From assembly GCA_964519305.1 (NCBI GenBank), contig CAZFHY010000001.1:186132-250131 (forward strand): a DNA stretch of 64,000 nucleotides, in the 5' to 3' direction. The translations under genes were made by a program, and so were the position numbers. The DNA is from Candidatus Undinarchaeota archaeon. Lineage in GTDB: Archaea > SpSt-1190 > JASMDC01. Below are positions 26,681 to 35,477 of the stretch, piece by piece; position 1 is the stretch's first letter; every line of letters begins with the position of its first letter. The notes under the pieces are model-generated. The model ran no database searches, had not been told where the DNA came from, and worked only from the letters and a program-made list of their open reading frames with translations.

Positions 26681-27799
26681 TCACACTGGAGATGTCACTA
26701 TGGAAGCAACGGGATCATCCTGTCGTTCCTGCTCTTCCTCGAACCGGTCACGGTACGCAAGGTGCCTGATGACTCTTTCCCTCTTGGACGGGAGGAGGAA
26801 CGGCCTTGTTAGGCAGCCCCAGATGCCGCCGACATGCTCCTCACGGTAAATGTCCATTATGTCATCTGCACCACACCGTTCAGTGACCACACGCTCCTTG
26901 AGTATATCGTTGATCTCCTTGGGGCAGTTATACTGTTCAAGATAGGGTTGTATCTCCTTGAGTGTATTAGCGACGACCTGGGAGACATGTACTTTCTTTC
27001 CATCTACCCTGAATCTCGCTCCCATACCCTTGATGACAGCGTGCTTGAAGTTACGTTTTTCTTCTTTACCGATACCGACCTGCTCGATGCCGTTGTTGTA
27101 GTCCGCTTTCGCCTTCTCCGCGATACCGAAGATGTACGCTGCGACGGCCGCGTCCTCTTCTGCGGTCCCTTGTGTGTCCATACACCGCACTTCGATCGTC
27201 TTCGTACCTTCCCGTTTGTAGATGACCGATTTTCTGCCTGTGCTCTCGAAGGGGGAGAAGAAGTGACCGTAGAAGAGAGTCTCTCCTGCTCCCAGGACAT
27301 CGAACAAATGCTTGGGTGGATTCCCGTACTGTCGCATGCACTTGACCATCCCGTCACGGGAGGGTGAGTTCGCCGATAGTGCGATAATCTCCGGCACATG
27401 CTTCTGCAGATCGTGGAACACGTAATCGGCCTCGCTGTCAGTGGCATATCCGACGTGCACGTGGAGCCCTGCCGCATCGTCGTCAGCTTCAGGTCGACTA
27501 CCCATGCCGAGGGCATAGAGATTGCTCTTCTCCGCAATCTCCTTGGTGAACCTGTAGGTCTTCGTGATATCATCGGTTAGCTGTCGGAGGTCAGAGCAGG
27601 GACGGGTGGTTATCTCCAATGGGCCTGATGCATCTACATAGCACTTGGCACCATTCTCGCTGCACAATCCGATCTCATCCCGTATGAAGTCGGAGACGGG
27701 GGATACGAAGTACATCTGGAGTTGTGGGCTGTTGGATCCGTTCACTACGTAGAACTCTTTTTCCAGCCCTATTGAATGACCCTCGTTGATGATTGGCAT
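26681..27799 (-). CDS. GCS2/YbdK-like carboxylate-amine ligase, copy E
   Basis: GHSIGLEKEFY, GPLEI, AGLHVHVG, ALSANSP, TIEVRCMD. Confidence 0.87.
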   Translation of the reverse strand: MPIINEGHSIGLEKEFYVVNGSNSPQLQMYFVSPVSDFIRDEIGLCSENGAKCYVDASGPLEITTRPCSDLRQLTDDITKTYRFTKEIAEKSNLYALGMGSRPEADDDAAGLHVHVGYATDSEADYVFHDLQKHVPEIIALSANSPSRDGMVKCMRQYGNPPKHLFDVLGAGETLFYGHFFSPFESTGRKSVIYKREGTKTIEVRCMDTQGTAEEDAAVAAYIFGIAEKAKADYNNGIEQVGIGKEEKRNFKHAVIKGMGARFRVDGKKVHVSQVVANTLKEIQPYLEQYNCPKEINDILKERVVTERCGADDIMDIYREEHVGGIWGCLTRPFLLPSKRERVIRHLAYRDRFEEEQERQDDPVASIVTSPV

Positions 27800-27832
27800 G
27801 TTGCTACTGTGCGGTGACGGCGCATGATGTCG

Positions 27833-27840
27833 TATTTATA
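27833..27840 (-). promoter_or_regulatory. TATA box upstream of copy E
   Basis: GAAATG-TATAAATA on the minus strand. Confidence 0.6.
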
Positions 27841-27915
27841 CATTTCTCCTAAATGTCGTGGAAGATAAGCCCCTAAGAGGATACGAAAACGCAAGAAGGG
27901 GCCATTATTTGCGGA

Positions 27916-28983
27916 TTATGCCGGTCGTGGATCCGCGTCCCCGGTACATGCTTCAGGCTCTTCCTCTATCTTGTCCCTGTGGGCGAGCCGGTCATAGAGC
28001 TCAGCATGGCCCCGGTGCATCGTGAAGAAGTCCTTAATTCCAGTCCATACGGTGCTATAGCCGCACTCCTTGTAGATGTCCAATATGTCGTCTGCCCCAG
28101 AGCGGTGTTCCTTTACCTTCCCCTCGAGGACGTCCATGACCTCATCGGGGCAGTCATATCGATCCAGGTAGGGGCGGACCTCGGCGAAGGTGTCCTCGAC
28201 AACGCTGTATGCAGGGACCTTCTCACCATCTATCTTGAATGTGGCCTCCATGCCCTTCTTGACAGCGTGCTTGAAGTTCTTGGGCCCTTCCTTCCCCACG
28301 AGATCCTGTCCGACACCGTTAGCGTGGTCCTCCTTGGCCTTCTCAGCGATACCGAATATGTACGCGGCGATGGCCACGTCCTCCTCCGGTGTCCCCTGGG
28401 AGTCCATGCAACGCACCTCCAGAGTGTCGCTCCGCTTGTAGATGACCGAGGTGCGGCCCGTATCCCCGTACGCGGAGAACTTGTGACCATAGTACCCACC
28501 CTTGGCGCGCGTGTCCTTGATACCTCCGAACCGCGATGGTGAATTGGCCGAGAGGGCCATGATGTCAGGTACGTGCTTTTGGAGTTCGTTGAACACGTAC
28601 TCGGCCTCGGCCTCGTCCTTGAAGCCTACGTGAACGTGTAGCCCGGCCTGGTCGCTGGGTCTACCGGGGCGTGAGCCCATCCCCAGAGCGTATAGACCAC
28701 GGTCGTCGGCCTCCTCTTGGGCGATGTTGTAGGCCGTGGTAATATCATCAGAGAGCTGCCTCAGGTCAGAACAAGGCCGGGTGACCACTTCTAAGGGTCC
28801 CGTGCAGTCCACATAGCACTTCGGGCCTCGTACATCGTTATAGGCGCCCAGCGCCTCAGTCATGCGGGGGATAACGCTATCCCTCACAGTGGACTGGTAG
28901 TAGGTGTTGTTCTCAGCGTCGACTACGTAGAACTCCTTCTCGAGCCCGACGGAGTGCCCCTCGTTAAGAATCACAGTAGACAT
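27916..28983 (-). CDS. GCS2/YbdK-like carboxylate-amine ligase, copy F
   Basis: GHSVGLEKEFY, GPLEV, AGLHVHVG, ALSANSP, TLEVRCMD. Confidence 0.87.
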   Translation of the reverse strand: MSTVILNEGHSVGLEKEFYVVDAENNTYYQSTVRDSVIPRMTEALGAYNDVRGPKCYVDCTGPLEVVTRPCSDLRQLSDDITTAYNIAQEEADDRGLYALGMGSRPGRPSDQAGLHVHVGFKDEAEAEYVFNELQKHVPDIMALSANSPSRFGGIKDTRAKGGYYGHKFSAYGDTGRTSVIYKRSDTLEVRCMDSQGTPEEDVAIAAYIFGIAEKAKEDHANGVGQDLVGKEGPKNFKHAVKKGMEATFKIDGEKVPAYSVVEDTFAEVRPYLDRYDCPDEVMDVLEGKVKEHRSGADDILDIYKECGYSTVWTGIKDFFTMHRGHAELYDRLAHRDKIEEEPEACTGDADPRPA

Positions 28984-29016
28984 TCCCCTACTGTCGGGGT
29001 ACGGCCCCTCAGGCGC

Positions 29017-29024
29017 TATTTATA
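29017..29024 (-). promoter_or_regulatory. TATA box upstream of copy F
   Basis: GGAAAGG-TATAAATA on the minus strand. Confidence 0.6.
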
Positions 29025-29045
29025 CCTTTCCCGGAAGGTGTGTCG

Positions 29046-30149
29046 TCACCCGAGCGATATGGTGAACGCCTGCTGGAAGCCCATCATGTCCTCTCGTCCA
29101 TCGGCGAGAATGTGCGGTCGGCTCCCCGCGACCTTGCCCCGGAGCATGAGTTGTACGGTGGCGTTCTCCTCGACCGGTGGTGTGAGCATGCTATAGATGA
29201 GCTTGTTTCGCAAGGTGATCACCTTGTTCTCGCCGCCCACGGTCATGTTCACCTTGTCCGTGTCCAGTTCAGCGAACGATGGCTGATACACAGCAGGGGT
29301 CTCTAGGGCGAGCTCTTTTCCCAAGGCTTCAAGTTGTCCTGCGAGCTTCGCTGTGAGGTTCTGGTCCAGGATATGTTCGAGGTCGAGGAAGAGCTGGAGG
29401 TGAAGGACCTCATCCTTCTCAGCTGGCGCCTCAGTGACGTTGGCAACACCCCTCACACCGCGGACACGTTCAATGATTTCCTGGCGCGTAAGGGTTGTGT
29501 TCTCACCCTGAGTGCCGAAGAACACAAGGCTCGGGAGACGACCTTTGATAGTCCCGCTCACGAAATAGGCTTCGGCCGGCTCAGGTGGTGTATCATCGCC
29601 ACCAGTATCGAGGAACTTGCTAAGGTCGATCTCATAGTCCTGAGGACGCGAGATCTGCTGACTGGTCGCATATACGGCTCGTCCCTCCTCGTCCTCAACG
29701 AGCTTGAACAGGTACTCCTGACCGTCCTGGAGGTTCAAGGAGACGAGCTCCTGCTCTACTTCCAGGGTAAGGGTGGCTGTCGTGTTCCCATCTGTATAGG
29801 TGATCGTGTTACCATCCTCGCTCTTGATGACCGAAGGTGCCGATGCGAATGAGAACCCGAATACATCTTCGAGGATAGTGCGTAGCTGCGGTGAGTGTTC
29901 GCCGGGCACCTTGTCCCAGTCGAAGAGGAAACGGGCGCCTTCGGGCGCTCCATCCCGACCTCCACCGCCGCTATCGAACGTTGAAAAGTAATTGAATCCC
30001 AAGGCCACGGCAGAGAGGATCATTATCCCTCCCACGAAGAACGCGAACATCTTGTCCGATGTCGTATGGCTCCGTTTGGGATCATCATGCTCCTCTACCA
30101 TCTCCAGGGCGATCTCTTCGGACCGCTTGATCTTACGCTTGCGTACCAT
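29046..30149 (-). CDS. hypothetical single-pass membrane protein
   Basis: Start MVRKRK at 30149; the longer ORF runs deep into pheT. TM segment MFAFFVGGIMILSAVALGF, then an extracellular region. Confidence 0.75.
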   Translation of the reverse strand: MVRKRKIKRSEEIALEMVEEHDDPKRSHTTSDKMFAFFVGGIMILSAVALGFNYFSTFDSGGGGRDGAPEGARFLFDWDKVPGEHSPQLRTILEDVFGFSFASAPSVIKSEDGNTITYTDGNTTATLTLEVEQELVSLNLQDGQEYLFKLVEDEEGRAVYATSQQISRPQDYEIDLSKFLDTGGDDTPPEPAEAYFVSGTIKGRLPSLVFFGTQGENTTLTRQEIIERVRGVRGVANVTEAPAEKDEVLHLQLFLDLEHILDQNLTAKLAGQLEALGKELALETPAVYQPSFAELDTDKVNMTVGGENKVITLRNKLIYSMLTPPVEENATVQLMLRGKVAGSRPHILADGREDMMGFQQAFTISLG

Positions 30150-31815
30150 TGTAGAGCACCTCCAGGTCGAACTCAAGGGCTGCGACGGGGACCTCCAGAG
30201 CGAAGGACTCGAGCACCGCCGGATGGACCTCACCGAACACTCCAGCTGGAGCACCGTCCACGAGCACCCGGGCCGCTCGACCGGAGATGAAAGCTCCCTC
30301 ATCGACGGCTTCGAAGGCCACCGAACGTCCAAGGGTCCGTCCCAGGGATTCCACGACCGCTTTCAGTGCAGCGAAAGTGGCGTCCGTTCCGGCCATAGCT
30401 CCGCCGATACGTCGAACGTTCCGCGTCCTAGTGTCCGTTTTATCATCTAGCACCACGATATCCCCCACCTCGAATAGGCGCTGGGGGTAACCATGGCGCT
30501 TGTTCCGCTCCAGCGTTTCCATAAGGGAGGGCAGAAGGCGGTCGCGGACCACCGTGAACTCGCTGGAGTTAGGATTGGCTATTGTGGCGACCGGCCGTTG
30601 TTCCTCGCCCATCCTAGTAAAGAGCCGGTCAGGATTGGTAAGTACGAAGGTGATGACCTCGCTGAACCCATGGCCTACCAGAGCATCGCGGACCACATCA
30701 CCAGCATCACGGACCGGCAAGGGCGCCCCCACAGTGGCAACGGCAGGGAGGGACGGTTCGAAGTTATCGTAACCGTGGCCGATGGCCACGTCCTCCGCCA
30801 GGTCCATGGGATGCATCACATCGGTACGGAAGGCGGGGATGGCCACCTCAAGACGGCCCTTCCCTTTCTTCTTGACGCCCAGACGCATGCGTTCCAGGCG
30901 TTCGGCCACTTCTTTGTCGGATAGTGAGATGCCCAGCAGCTGAGTGATGTACGCCACATCGACCTCCATGGTGGACGGCGTCACCTCCGGCGTGACCATG
31001 ATGGCGTCCGTATAGCGCACCTCTACGCTCCCGACCTCGGCACCCCTGTCAGTGAGCAGGGCACAGAATATGTTGAGCACCTGACAGATGGTCTTGAGGT
31101 CAGTGCCGGTGACGTCGAAGAACAGGTTCTTGGTCCCATCGGACACGCGGGTCTCCTCACTATTGATGATGGGCGGCATGGATAGCACCTGACCGTTTGC
31201 GTCCTCCAGTATGGGGAACCGGGGCAGCTCCTCGAGCGTGAACGCATAGTCACGACCCTTGGGGTGTTTGATGAGAATCTCCCGACCGCTCATACTGCCA
31301 TACTCCTCTTCGCCCTCAAGAGAGAGGGGGACGAACTCGATCATTCCCGGCTCAAGTGCGACGTAGCGGATAGGGCCCTTGATGGTGTCCAGGTCGTAGA
31401 TACCGATGGACGCCTTACGCCGCTTCCGGCAGTGCGTGGCGTGCAGCTTTTCCTGTATCTGCATCACTGAGCGGATGAAGGGATCGTTGAACTTGACGTT
31501 GCGAGCGATACCGCACACGATGAATGGACGGATGTCCTTGGTGGACGGGTCCACTTCCACGACCAGGTCCGATGCCTTGAGCGGAGTGGCTGGCAATCCA
31601 GTCTCGATGCCTAGTATACCCCTGAGGTTCCGGGCAACACCCTCCACCGAGAGCATGTCGGGCCGGTTGGGGAACACCTCGACCTCGATCTCATCCCCCT
31701 CCACTCCTTCCACGGGCACGCCCATGGCCGCGAGGATGGCTGATAGTTCGTCGATGGGAAGCTTCTTACCGATTAGCTTGAACAGGTCAGGAAGGTCGAA
31801 GGTCAGCGTTGCCAT
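30133..31815 (-). CDS. pheT: phenylalanine--tRNA ligase beta subunit
   Basis: PNRPDMLSVEGVAR, QEKLH, LSMPPIINS, R.D.MHP.D..EDVAI..GY and FGEVHP. Confidence 0.97.
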   Translation of the reverse strand: MATLTFDLPDLFKLIGKKLPIDELSAILAAMGVPVEGVEGDEIEVEVFPNRPDMLSVEGVARNLRGILGIETGLPATPLKASDLVVEVDPSTKDIRPFIVCGIARNVKFNDPFIRSVMQIQEKLHATHCRKRRKASIGIYDLDTIKGPIRYVALEPGMIEFVPLSLEGEEEYGSMSGREILIKHPKGRDYAFTLEELPRFPILEDANGQVLSMPPIINSEETRVSDGTKNLFFDVTGTDLKTICQVLNIFCALLTDRGAEVGSVEVRYTDAIMVTPEVTPSTMEVDVAYITQLLGISLSDKEVAERLERMRLGVKKKGKGRLEVAIPAFRTDVMHPMDLAEDVAIGHGYDNFEPSLPAVATVGAPLPVRDAGDVVRDALVGHGFSEVITFVLTNPDRLFTRMGEEQRPVATIANPNSSEFTVVRDRLLPSLMETLERNKRHGYPQRLFEVGDIVVLDDKTDTRTRNVRRIGGAMAGTDATFAALKAVVESLGRTLGRSVAFEAVDEGAFISGRAARVLVDGAPAGVFGEVHPAVLESFALEVPVAALEFDLEVLYNGTQA

Positions 31816-33309
31816 TCAGAACACCCCCGGTGCGTCTGCCAGCCAGTCCGCGTCGTTGCGGTAGAAGGTGCGCATGTCATCCATCTCCAGTGCGAGCATG
31901 GCCGGACGCTCAAGACCGAGACCCCAGGCCAGCACCGGGCACTCGATGCCCAGCGGTTCGGTGACCTCAGGGCGGAACATGCCAGCACCACCCAGCTCGA
32001 TCCAGCTCTTGCGCGAGGGCATCCATACTTCGGGCTCGACGCTCATCTCCGTGTAAGGGAAGTAGGCGGGGCGGAACCGCACCTTGTCGAAACCCAATCG
32101 CTGGTAGAACTCCTTGAGATAGCCCAGCAGGTGATTGAAGGTGACGTCCTCGGACACCACGATACCCTCCACCTGGTGGAACTCCATCAGATGCTTGTAG
32201 TCCAGAGTCTCGTTGCGGAAGGCCCGATCAACACAGAACACCTTTGAGGGTGGTGTTAGCTCGGACAACCGGCGGGCCGAGACCGCCGTCGTGTGCGTAC
32301 GCAGTACCGGTCGTCGGGAAACGTCCTCGCTCCATTTGTACCCCCACCCGGACGAGCCCGCAGTACCGTTCTCATGGGCCGAGCGTACTTTGGGTACGAT
32401 CTTCTTCGGGAGCACGGCGTCGGCCGGCTCCTTCATGTAGAACGTGTCAGCGAGTTCGCGTGCCGGATGGTCCTGAGGTTGGAAGAGGGCATCGAAACAC
32501 CAGAAGGACGATTCCACGAAAGGTCCTCTGGCTTCCTGGAACCCCATGTCGAGGAAGATACGACGGACCCGGTCGATGAGTACCAGGAGCGGGTGCTTGC
32601 GCCCCGGTCGCGTCGGTGAGACGGGAAGGGTGACATCGTATTTACGGAAGGAAACGTTCCGCCAAGAGCCCGTCTCGAGCATGACGGGTGTAAGAAGGCT
32701 GACCGAGCCTCCGTCATCGCTCGATTCCAAGACCTTCAGGCCCTCGTCGGTGATGGTGAGCATGAGCTCCTTGCGCTCGGAGACGCAGGCCATGTTGCGA
32801 TGGACTAGTGTCTCGAGGAGCTTGCGCTCCTTGTCGGTGACAGCGAGGGGGCTTGTGGCCAGTTTGGTGAGGATCTCTTCCTCCGGAAGGGTCCCGTCGG
32901 CGGCCTTATCCCCCACATCGGTGCGGGTGAGCACAGTTACGTCATCAACGCGACCGATCGTCGCCCATTTGCGTTTGCGGAGCCAGCCGAGACCGATCTT
33001 CACCTGCTCCCGGGAAAGACCCTCGGTACGGAATAGGTCCTCGAGCGGAGTGCTCTCGCTGACGATGGTGAGCAACCGTCGTTCTATGAGGCCGTTCGAG
33101 GCGGCGAGCCGCCCTTCCTCGGTGATGCGGGCCTCCTCAAGTGTGAGCTCCTCGAGCGTCACCAGCCCCTTCTGCGAGAGCCAGTAGCCCATCCGCCGGG
33201 CGGTGGTGGGGTCCACGCTCTCAAGCTCCTCCGGACGGGCCGGGCCGTCGGTGGCCGCCAAGGCAGCCAGAATGTCACGCTCCTTCGGGTGTAGCTCCAC
33301 TATGATCAC
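31816..33309 (-). CDS. pheS: phenylalanine--tRNA ligase alpha subunit
   Basis: FDALFQPQDHPARE..DTF, LRTHTT, FRNE.LD.KH..EFHQVEG and FPYTE.S.E. Confidence 0.97.
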   Translation of the reverse strand: MIIVELHPKERDILAALAATDGPARPEELESVDPTTARRMGYWLSQKGLVTLEELTLEEARITEEGRLAASNGLIERRLLTIVSESTPLEDLFRTEGLSREQVKIGLGWLRKRKWATIGRVDDVTVLTRTDVGDKAADGTLPEEEILTKLATSPLAVTDKERKLLETLVHRNMACVSERKELMLTITDEGLKVLESSDDGGSVSLLTPVMLETGSWRNVSFRKYDVTLPVSPTRPGRKHPLLVLIDRVRRIFLDMGFQEARGPFVESSFWCFDALFQPQDHPARELADTFYMKEPADAVLPKKIVPKVRSAHENGTAGSSGWGYKWSEDVSRRPVLRTHTTAVSARRLSELTPPSKVFCVDRAFRNETLDYKHLMEFHQVEGIVVSEDVTFNHLLGYLKEFYQRLGFDKVRFRPAYFPYTEMSVEPEVWMPSRKSWIELGGAGMFRPEVTEPLGIECPVLAWGLGLERPAMLALEMDDMRTFYRNDADWLADAPGVF

Positions 33310-34397
33310 TCCTTTGCCAGATACTCGTCAACGTGGTCACGCGCTTTCTCCCGTTTCTCCTGATGCTCTACAAGGAAGCGCTCCAATAGCTCCCACGCGC
33401 GCTTTTTGCAATCTCCGCACACGAGTTCTCCTGCAGCACAGGTCCGGAAGGTATCCTCGAGCTTGGTATCGTCGGGCTCGAGGTGGAGCTTCATGAGCTC
33501 GTAGACTGTGCAGATGTCTGGTCTACCGCCAAGCTCCTTCTGCTCCTTGAGGGTATCGCGTCCACCGGTGAAGGCGTTCATGAGCTTGTAACGTGCGTCC
33601 TTGAGTGTCTCGGTGAGCGCTATGTAGGATGAGGGTTTGCTGGATGACATCTTCCCGCCGTCCAGCCCCGAATTGAACCGGTGGTAGGTCGCTGCGCAGG
33701 GTTGGAATCCGAACTCGGAGGATGCGCGGGAGGCTATGTCGCGGGTAAGCCGGATATGGGGGTCCTGATCTGCGCCCACGGGGACCACGACAGGACAAGG
33801 TCCCTCGTACTCCGGCAGCTGCGGGTGGAGGATGTCGCCCACCTGGACAAGTGCCGATACGATCTTAGCAGGTGAGAGCTCACCGTAGATGGCGCGCAGC
33901 TCGTTGAAGGTGACCCGCCGCGAGAACAGAAGTGCCAAGGTGTCCACGGCCCGTCGCTTCTCCTGGAAGTACACCGTGCACTTATCCGGTCGTAATCCGA
34001 GGGCAATGTAATTGACCAGGTACTCCTCGATTCCCAGTCGCTCCACTTCGGAGAGGGACTTCTCCCGCACACCGTACGCCTCGACGCTGGCGATGGGGAT
34101 GTAGAGAGGAGTGCCGAGATCCTGCCACCACATGAGCTGGTCGACGACCATCTTGTGACCGAAGTGCATCTTTCCCGAGGGCATCATACCGCTCACCAGA
34201 GCGAACCGCTCGCCCTTCCTCTTGGCGTCAAGGACGCGCTCGAGGTCTCGGTGGCCGAATACGATCTTTCGGTGCATGAGCATATGCGGATCCTCGATGC
34301 TACCGAGTATCTCTTCGAACGGCTGGATACCGAACTCGTCGAAGAGCTTGGCATAATCCTCGATATCGGAACTGCCCCACGGATCGAGCTCAGGCAT
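33306..34397 (-). CDS. trpS: tryptophan--tRNA ligase
   Basis: DPWG, PSGKMHFGH, VPVGADQDPHIRLTRD, GGKMSSS and AFTGGR. Confidence 0.97.
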   Translation of the reverse strand: MPELDPWGSSDIEDYAKLFDEFGIQPFEEILGSIEDPHMLMHRKIVFGHRDLERVLDAKRKGERFALVSGMMPSGKMHFGHKMVVDQLMWWQDLGTPLYIPIASVEAYGVREKSLSEVERLGIEEYLVNYIALGLRPDKCTVYFQEKRRAVDTLALLFSRRVTFNELRAIYGELSPAKIVSALVQVGDILHPQLPEYEGPCPVVVPVGADQDPHIRLTRDIASRASSEFGFQPCAATYHRFNSGLDGGKMSSSKPSSYIALTETLKDARYKLMNAFTGGRDTLKEQKELGGRPDICTVYELMKLHLEPDDTKLEDTFRTCAAGELVCGDCKKRAWELLERFLVEHQEKREKARDHVDEYLAKE

Positions 34398-35452
34398 CAG
34401 GCACCACCTCCTGCGATGACGCCCGTGGCCTCTGCAGCCCGGCGTGCGGCCTTCTCGGTGATGCCCGTATGAAGGATAGTGAACCTCTTCCGCAGCTTAG
34501 GTGCCATCAGAAGGGCCTTGACGATCTCCTCGTCGGTCAGCCCGGCTTCCTTCGCGGTGACAGGAGCGCCGATGCGTGCAAGTGCATCTCGTACGGTCTC
34601 CCAGTCCTCACCGTGGAGATATGTGCAGATGATCGTCCCCAAGGCCACCTGCTCCCCATGGAGCGCAGGCTTTTTAGCGATGCTATCGAGAGCGTGGCTG
34701 AACAGGTGCTCACCCCCGGAACATGGACGGGAAGAGCCTGAGATGCTCATGGCTACCGAGTTGGATATGAGAGCTTCCAGCACGATACTGAGCCCCTCCT
34801 CGTTCGCCGCTCCCACTATGTCAGCGTTCTCCATGAGCATGGTAGCGGACATGAGCGCGAGGTTGGCAGCGTACTCACCGTAGTACTCATTGTGGAGCCG
34901 GCGTGCCAGCTGCCAGTCGAGCACTGCTGTGAAGTTCGAGATTATATCACCGCACCCGGCACGGTACAGCCTGGGTGGAGCCTTGGTGATAACGGCCGTG
35001 TCAGCGACTATGGCGACAGGAGGAATGGCGGCGAGGCTGTGGCGTTGGCCTTCCTCTATGAGGGAAGCTTGTGCGGAGGCGATACCATCGTGCGAGGCGG
35101 CGGTAGGGATGCTAACGAATGGAATGGCCGCCATGAACCCGGCCGCCTTGGACACGTCGATCACCTGTCCCCCACCGACGGCCACGATGGCGCCATGGTC
35201 GCGGGCTGTGTTCTGGAGAGCATCCACATCGGCCGGTCCACCCTCTGTCACCTCGAAGGCCGTCACTGTGAAGCCGTCGGTACGCAGCACGTCCAATACC
35301 TTGGCGCCGGCCGCCTTCAGCGTCCCCTTGTCGTAGGCAACCACAAGGGATTCACCGAGGTCGAGCTCTCCGCACACGGTGCCGACATCGTCGAGCACGT
35401 CGTGGCCGATGAGCACCCGGCGAGGGAGCGTGATGGAGCGTACTGCCTTCAT
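34397..35452 (-). CDS. egsA: sn-glycerol-1-phosphate dehydrogenase
   Basis: GGGQVIDVSK, PTAASHDGIAS, SSRPCSGGEHLFSHALD and LHGEQV. Confidence 0.95.
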   Translation of the reverse strand: MKAVRSITLPRRVLIGHDVLDDVGTVCGELDLGESLVVAYDKGTLKAAGAKVLDVLRTDGFTVTAFEVTEGGPADVDALQNTARDHGAIVAVGGGQVIDVSKAAGFMAAIPFVSIPTAASHDGIASAQASLIEEGQRHSLAAIPPVAIVADTAVITKAPPRLYRAGCGDIISNFTAVLDWQLARRLHNEYYGEYAANLALMSATMLMENADIVGAANEEGLSIVLEALISNSVAMSISGSSRPCSGGEHLFSHALDSIAKKPALHGEQVALGTIICTYLHGEDWETVRDALARIGAPVTAKEAGLTDEEIVKALLMAPKLRKRFTILHTGITEKAARRAAEATGVIAGGGA

Positions 35453-35477
35453 GGGGCACCCTGCCGCCCTATGGTTT

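Noticed and set aside
22181-28983. Pup/proteasome tagging locus or diversity-generating retroelement
   Set aside because: No Pup-like small ORF ending in GG[EQ], no proteasome or ATPase genes, and no reverse transcriptase or template/variable repeat pair. The variation involves indels rather than adenine-specific changes.
16140-29046. Integrated mobile element or provirus
   Set aside because: No integrase, transposase, att-like direct repeats, tRNA target or viral structural genes are visible.
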